Origin: an uncultured virus (IMG/VR IMGVR_UViG_3300009705_003699) | Taxonomy: Duplodnaviria; Heunggongvirae; Uroviricota; Caudoviricetes | Length of the DNA: 64,000 bases | IMG/VR virus record: IMGVR_UViG_3300009705_003699 | Strand: one strand, 5' to 3' | Part shown: positions 60,356 to 64,000 of the stretch, one piece after another | How the letters are laid out: the number at the start of each line of letters is the position of its first letter | How positions within the stretch are numbered: the stretch's first letter is position 1 | Translations under genes and position numbers: made by a program | Notes under the pieces: generated by a model | What the model was told of the DNA's origin: nothing | The model's input: the letters and a program-made list of their open reading frames with translations, nothing else | Database searches by the model: none

Positions 60356-61120
60356 TCACTTTAATTTTAACGATAGTAGACCATCGATACCCACCATTGG
60401 CCGATAAAACTCATTCAAGCTATCGCCAAATTCAATAAAGCCGCGGGTCGTGGGGATCTTATTATCACTGTCATCAACCCTCGTGTATTTAGGATGTTCG
60501 CGAAGTATGTCATCAATAAGCAGAATGGAATCTTCATGCATAAAGTGGCGCGCGAGATAAGAACAGAATGTGCGCGATCTTCCATCCACAATGATCTTAT
60601 CAAATTTCTTTACTCCAAGATCATATATCTTATCAACATAATCTCTATATTGCCAATAGCGCGCTATAGAGGAATAATAAGAGCCCTCGTGGGCGTATGG
60701 ATGCTTAGATAAAAGTTCATCGTATTCTTGAGAACTAATAACGGCGGAGCCATGAGTCGCCTTCGAAAATCTTTTATCATAAGCGGCGCCGGGATCTTTC
60801 ATATCTGGTTCTGCTTTTTTATAATTGGGCTCCACGTAGTGCATCTCAAGTGCTTCAATTGGCGCCATGTGGGCTCTAATATCTTCGAGCCATGACCGGT
60901 CGTGCTCGATTGAGATATATTTCTTAACCATTTGGGAGAATACAGTAGTGCTTCCTCCGGCGCCATATTCGAGCACCGTGTCGGAGGGCTCCAAAAGACC
61001 AACAATATATTTAATAGCCCGATTGGTCATCATGGGCTTTTTCGATAGCCCTAGATCAATTTTTGAAAGCTTTCGGTCAGCATCATAGGTAATAATATCT
61101 AGGTCGGCTTGATGCTTCAT
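60356..61120 (-). CDS. SAM-dependent methyltransferase (polysaccharide O-methyltransferase-like)
   Basis: VLEYGAGGST, SIEHD..W, FDKIIVDGRSR, LLIDD. Confidence 0.75.
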   Translation of the reverse strand: MKHQADLDIITYDADRKLSKIDLGLSKKPMMTNRAIKYIVGLLEPSDTVLEYGAGGSTTVFSQMVKKYISIEHDRSWLEDIRAHMAPIEALEMHYVEPNYKKAEPDMKDPGAAYDKRFSKATHGSAVISSQEYDELLSKHPYAHEGSYYSSIARYWQYRDYVDKIYDLGVKKFDKIIVDGRSRTFCSYLARHFMHEDSILLIDDILREHPKYTRVDDSDNKIPTTRGFIEFGDSLNEFYRPMVGIDGLLSLKLK

Positions 61121-61728
61121 TTTATCTCCAAATTGACAAACAGTGGGAACTCTCGGAGATCTCGATATTGCGGAAATTCTGGTAAATCTTCATTATGCTC
61201 GGGATAGTTTTGCATCAGCATTAGACCGCGCGCTGCTTGTTCAGGACACATATAGGCATTCCATCCATTTATTTCAATGTTGTCTTCATGATACATTACT
61301 TCTCCGCGTCCTTCGTAGCGGGCTTTTCTAAACCAATTGGCTGCTTCTTCGCTATCGGTCAAGATCATGCCGCCTTTCCCTATCTTCAGGTGCTTTTTGA
61401 TATGAAATGAGAGGCACATAAAGGAATCAGGGATATACATCCCACTGGTTAACCGCTTGGCGGCATCATATATTGGATAAGGCTCCAGTTGATATACTCC
61501 TTTCCAATTATAGTCACGGAACTTGACAGTTCCGCCGGCATGCATAATTGATTGAGGTACCGATAGATAGGTCCGACACGGAATTGTCACTTCTTCGACG
61601 TTTAAATATTCACAACATAGTAACAATGCATCCGTACAGTTATCTGTGGACACTGCATACTTGGAGCCGCAATAATCGGCGACAGTTTCTTCAAACATTT
61701 TTACAATTTTATATGGGTTATGTCTCAT
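61117..61728 (-). CDS. DegT/DnrJ/EryC1/StrS-family PLP sugar aminotransferase, short form (203 aa)
   Basis: FEETVADYCG..YAVS..NCTDAL, IYDAA, SFHIKKHL..GKGGMILTD (PLP Lys), GWNAYM...AARGL. Confidence 0.8.
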   Translation of the reverse strand: MRHNPYKIVKMFEETVADYCGSKYAVSTDNCTDALLLCCEYLNVEEVTIPCRTYLSVPQSIMHAGGTVKFRDYNWKGVYQLEPYPIYDAAKRLTSGMYIPDSFMCLSFHIKKHLKIGKGGMILTDSEEAANWFRKARYEGRGEVMYHEDNIEINGWNAYMCPEQAARGLMLMQNYPEHNEDLPEFPQYRDLREFPLFVNLEIK

Positions 61729-61737
61729 CTTGCCTCT

Positions 61738-61746
61738 ATTATATCA
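61738..61746 (-). promoter_or_regulatory. Extended -10 promoter element
   Basis: Minus strand TGATATAAT followed by a GAGG SD and the aminotransferase ATG; no clear -35. Confidence 0.45.
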
Positions 61747-62625
61747 CATCACGGTCGAAATTATACTTTGTGCCCAGTTTTTAGGCATGAATTTTTGCAC
61801 AGTTTTGTGCCCATTGAGTCTAATTTCGTCTCTTTTTTGTTCGTTATTGAGATAGAGGTCGATTTTTTCACGCAACTCTTCTGGAGATGAAAATGTATCT
61901 AAATCTTTTCCTACTTCGAATAAATCTTCCATGCCTTTCCACGGAGTTGTAAGCAAGAAACCTCCGGAGGCCATAATTTTAAACACTCGTACGGAGGCTC
62001 CTGCTGTCGATGTGTGTGCAAAGTTCAAGTTTATTCTGCTTTGATTCACAGCATCGTTGTGTTTCAGCCCGTATACTCCATCTAAATGGGTAAATCCTAC
62101 CTCGTTTTTGTATTTAAGGCGGTCAGCGTGTGTTCCCGTGTGGGGCGAAATGTTGCCTATAAAAGTTGTATCATATTTATACTCTATATTCTCGTGCATG
62201 AAGTTCATCTCTTCGTCAGGGCACTGAGGCAGAAAGATAGTGTCAGAGTTGTGGAGTTTCCCGTGATCTATCACACCATCGATTCCACAAATAAAATAAT
62301 TGACTCTTTTAACCTTTTCGATGAGTTCCGAATCAAAGTTATTTAAAGCATCCATATACCACAGGGCGGTCTTTGACATCTTATTACATTCGTCTACTAC
62401 TCTATAGTGCATATTGTTACACTTACTAAAGATGACCAGATCTGGGCTATATTCTTCACACAATCTAATCAGTTCATTATCTCTCATTTTTACTATACCT
62501 ACTTGACCTAGACGCTCTCGATAATCGTATATCTTAACGTTCCAGCCGAGTGTCTTGAAAGCTCTTGCTTGTGACACATTTGTAGAGTTGGGAGAAAATA
62601 CCCCAACATATAAAACTTTACTCAT
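61744..62625 (-). CDS. CgeB / Glyco_trans_1_2-like glycosyltransferase
   Basis: YDTTFIG, SRINLNF, RVFKIMASGGFLLT, LFEVG, EL.EKI..YL.N...R..I...G. Confidence 0.8.
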   Translation of the reverse strand: MSKVLYVGVFSPNSTNVSQARAFKTLGWNVKIYDYRERLGQVGIVKMRDNELIRLCEEYSPDLVIFSKCNNMHYRVVDECNKMSKTALWYMDALNNFDSELIEKVKRVNYFICGIDGVIDHGKLHNSDTIFLPQCPDEEMNFMHENIEYKYDTTFIGNISPHTGTHADRLKYKNEVGFTHLDGVYGLKHNDAVNQSRINLNFAHTSTAGASVRVFKIMASGGFLLTTPWKGMEDLFEVGKDLDTFSSPEELREKIDLYLNNEQKRDEIRLNGHKTVQKFMPKNWAQSIISTVM

Positions 62626-62627
62626 AG

Positions 62628-63527
62628 TTAAAACTTATATCCGAAAAATTCTATTTCTTTTTGAAACATTTCCGTAACCTTATCCACACTTTCATTATCA
62701 TAGTATTCTTGATACGAAAGACGATCGATCGTCTTGTTCTTGTGAGGTAATTTTTCTGTGGGTGTTGTTCCTATCAGGGTTGAGGATCTTCTTGCGTCTT
62801 CTGCAAAGTTTTCAAATCTCCCTACAAAGTCTGGCTTTGCGTTTCCCACCGTATCGTGCGCCCACGCCAACTGATCAAAGATGTTATGTGGCAAGTTGTT
62901 AATTTCTTTTAGCGTATGTACATTTGGACTATCAGCTATGTCGGCGCCAGGGTGCGAACTGTAATGAGGTAGAGCTGGGGCGCCATCTTTTATCCATTCT
63001 CTAAATCCTTCTTTTAGGAAACTTCTTTCCATAGTCGGCGACTGAGATGCGCTGTATCGGACTCCGTAATTTTCATAAAATTGCTGTGCTTTTTCACCAT
63101 AATCGGACCACGACCTAGATGTGCATAAGAACCACGAAACCAATCTATCAAACGTATTTCGAACAAAACATATCTTAGTTGCCTGATGCCATTCTTCTTC
63201 TGTGATTAACCTTCTTATAATTGCCGGCGCTAAATGCGGGAAGCGAGTCCCAAAGAGGCTATTGAGAGTGGCGCTGCCAGTCTTTGGCGATCTGATTAGT
63301 ATTACCTTCTTATCGAGACGCTCAAATTCAAATAAAAATCGAACTGCGGTTGGAAATACAAATCCCACCCCGGGCGGTCCATCTTTATGCCACATAACAC
63401 CGGATTCCGAATACCATGCGACCAAATCTTGTACTTTTTTTGGCGCGTGGGGATCAACGGCTGTGAGCTTTATAAGTTTGCGCAAGTTCGGAAGAATACT
63501 TAAAAACTCATTAAAATCTGAATTCAC
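62628..63527 (-). CDS. Sulfotransferase (Sulfotransfer_2-like)
   Basis: IRSPKTGSATL, FVRNTFDRLVSW, DFVGRFENF, LPHKN, YQEYYD...FGYKF; GTG start. Confidence 0.82.
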   Translation of the reverse strand: MNSDFNEFLSILPNLRKLIKLTAVDPHAPKKVQDLVAWYSESGVMWHKDGPPGVGFVFPTAVRFLFEFERLDKKVILIRSPKTGSATLNSLFGTRFPHLAPAIIRRLITEEEWHQATKICFVRNTFDRLVSWFLCTSRSWSDYGEKAQQFYENYGVRYSASQSPTMERSFLKEGFREWIKDGAPALPHYSSHPGADIADSPNVHTLKEINNLPHNIFDQLAWAHDTVGNAKPDFVGRFENFAEDARRSSTLIGTTPTEKLPHKNKTIDRLSYQEYYDNESVDKVTEMFQKEIEFFGYKF

Positions 63528-63528
63528 T

Positions 63529-63888
63529 TTAGTCTCCCTTCAGGATGCGATAGCTGTCACTATCAAAATGCTGCGTGGAGAACTCAAACAACTCTGAATC
63601 CTCTAAAGCCACCATCTGGTGTCGTAGACCGCGGTAGACATGAAAGTTTTCTCCCGCCTTTAACAAAAGTTGTTTTGCGTTTGTTAAATCATCTTCTTCG
63701 GAATAATAAATCATCATCTTTCCGGACTGTAAATAAAAGACCTCATCTTTGAGCTTGTGATAGTGCCAGGAGCAGCGTTTTCCTCTCTCAAAGAATAATA
63801 GCTTTCCACAATATTCTTCGCAGTTTACAACCCATCGTTCCCAGCCCCAGCCTTTATCGACGTGGTGCATCGGTAAAGAAGTCTTCAT
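63529..63888 (-). CDS. Cupin protein (mannose-6-phosphate-isomerase-like)
   Basis: KGWGWE, YCGKLL, SWHYH..KDEVFY, H..VALEDS..FEFST. Start is uncertain (63888 or 63870). Confidence 0.8.
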   Translation of the reverse strand: MKTSLPMHHVDKGWGWERWVVNCEEYCGKLLFFERGKRCSWHYHKLKDEVFYLQSGKMMIYYSEEDDLTNAKQLLLKAGENFHVYRGLRHQMVALEDSELFEFSTQHFDSDSYRILKGD

Positions 63889-64000
63889 CTTTAATCCCCT
63901 TATCATCTATATAAACGTCACCTGCAGGCTTTCCCATAATCAGTTGATTATATCGAACGCCCCAATCTTTCAATTGTCGTTCTGTTAAAGAAAAGAATTC
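63854..64000 (-). CDS. C-terminal part of a HAD-family (capsule biosynthesis, EcbF-like) phosphatase, truncated by the right window edge
   Basis: Manual translation EFFSLTERQLKDWGVRYNQLIMGKPAGDVYIDDKGIKDEDFFTDAPRR*; GKP..D.YIDDK motif. Not in the ORF track. Confidence 0.75.
   Translation of the reverse strand, partial: EFFSLTERQLKDWGVRYNQLIMGKPAGDVYIDDKGIKDEDFFTDAPRR

Noticed and set aside
53771..61120. Methyltransferases as DNA methylases explaining the GCCGGC/GGCGCC excess
   Set aside because: They show FkbM, sugar C-MTase and small-molecule class I motifs; no PC (C5) or DPPY/NPPY (N6/N4) catalytic motifs were recognised.
16..63597. All plus-strand ORFs and short nested minus-strand ORFs in the track (e.g. 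794..1333, 6031..6579, 29499..30074, 32927..33541)
   Set aside because: They are shadows of long motif-bearing minus-strand genes, with no recognisable motifs of their own.
871..64000. Interpretation as a eukaryotic giant virus (Mre11-Rad50 fusion plus glycan genes)
   Set aside because: gp25/gp6 baseplate genes, a sigma factor, SD sequences, sigma70 promoters and overlapping operons indicate a bacteriophage.
1..64000. Stop-codon reassignment, introns, inteins or programmed frameshifts
   Set aside because: Genes tile densely under code 11 with TAA, TAG and TGA all used as stops; no split conserved genes or intein/homing-endonuclease motifs were seen.
1..64000. CRISPR arrays, tRNAs, long tandem repeats, DGR template/variable repeats
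   Set aside because: Intergenic gaps are short (mostly under 100 nt) and no repeat-spacer periodicity, cloverleaf or reverse transcriptase was found by eye; subtle cases could be missed.

Overview
This window is a gene-dense segment, coded entirely on the minus strand, of what looks like a large myovirus-type (T4-like or 'huge') bacteriophage using the standard code. In transcription order (right to left) it has four parts. (1) About 14 kb of nucleotide-sugar, glycosyltransferase, methyltransferase and sulfotransferase genes (49.8-64 kb). (2) A small regulatory group with an FmdB-like Zn ribbon and a gp55-like sigma factor (48-49.8 kb). (3) A ~41 kb baseplate/tail module: an M15-type peptidase protein, gp25- and gp6-like wedge proteins, a 3434-aa LamG/gp7-like protein, a 2503-aa helical protein and paralogous tail-collar-like proteins. 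(4) A DNA-metabolism group: RuvC-like resolvase, FKBP PPIase, primase, a single-chain Mre11-Rad50 fusion and a tubulin/FtsZ-family GTPase that runs off the left edge and is missing from the ORF track. Four signals stand out. A subset of tail proteins is strongly enriched in an (S/T)-(G/A/S)-S tripeptide next to a sulfated/methylated-glycan pathway, suggesting a virion glycosylation system. The phage tubulin has an acidic N-terminal arm. A TA(T/A)TTA candidate late-promoter motif precedes structural genes, whereas replication genes have sigma70 promoters. GCCGGC and GGCGCC are roughly tenfold over-represented. No tRNA, rRNA, CRISPR array, intron, intein or transposase was recognised. All calls come from reading motifs by eye, all counts are manual and approximate, and no searches were run.
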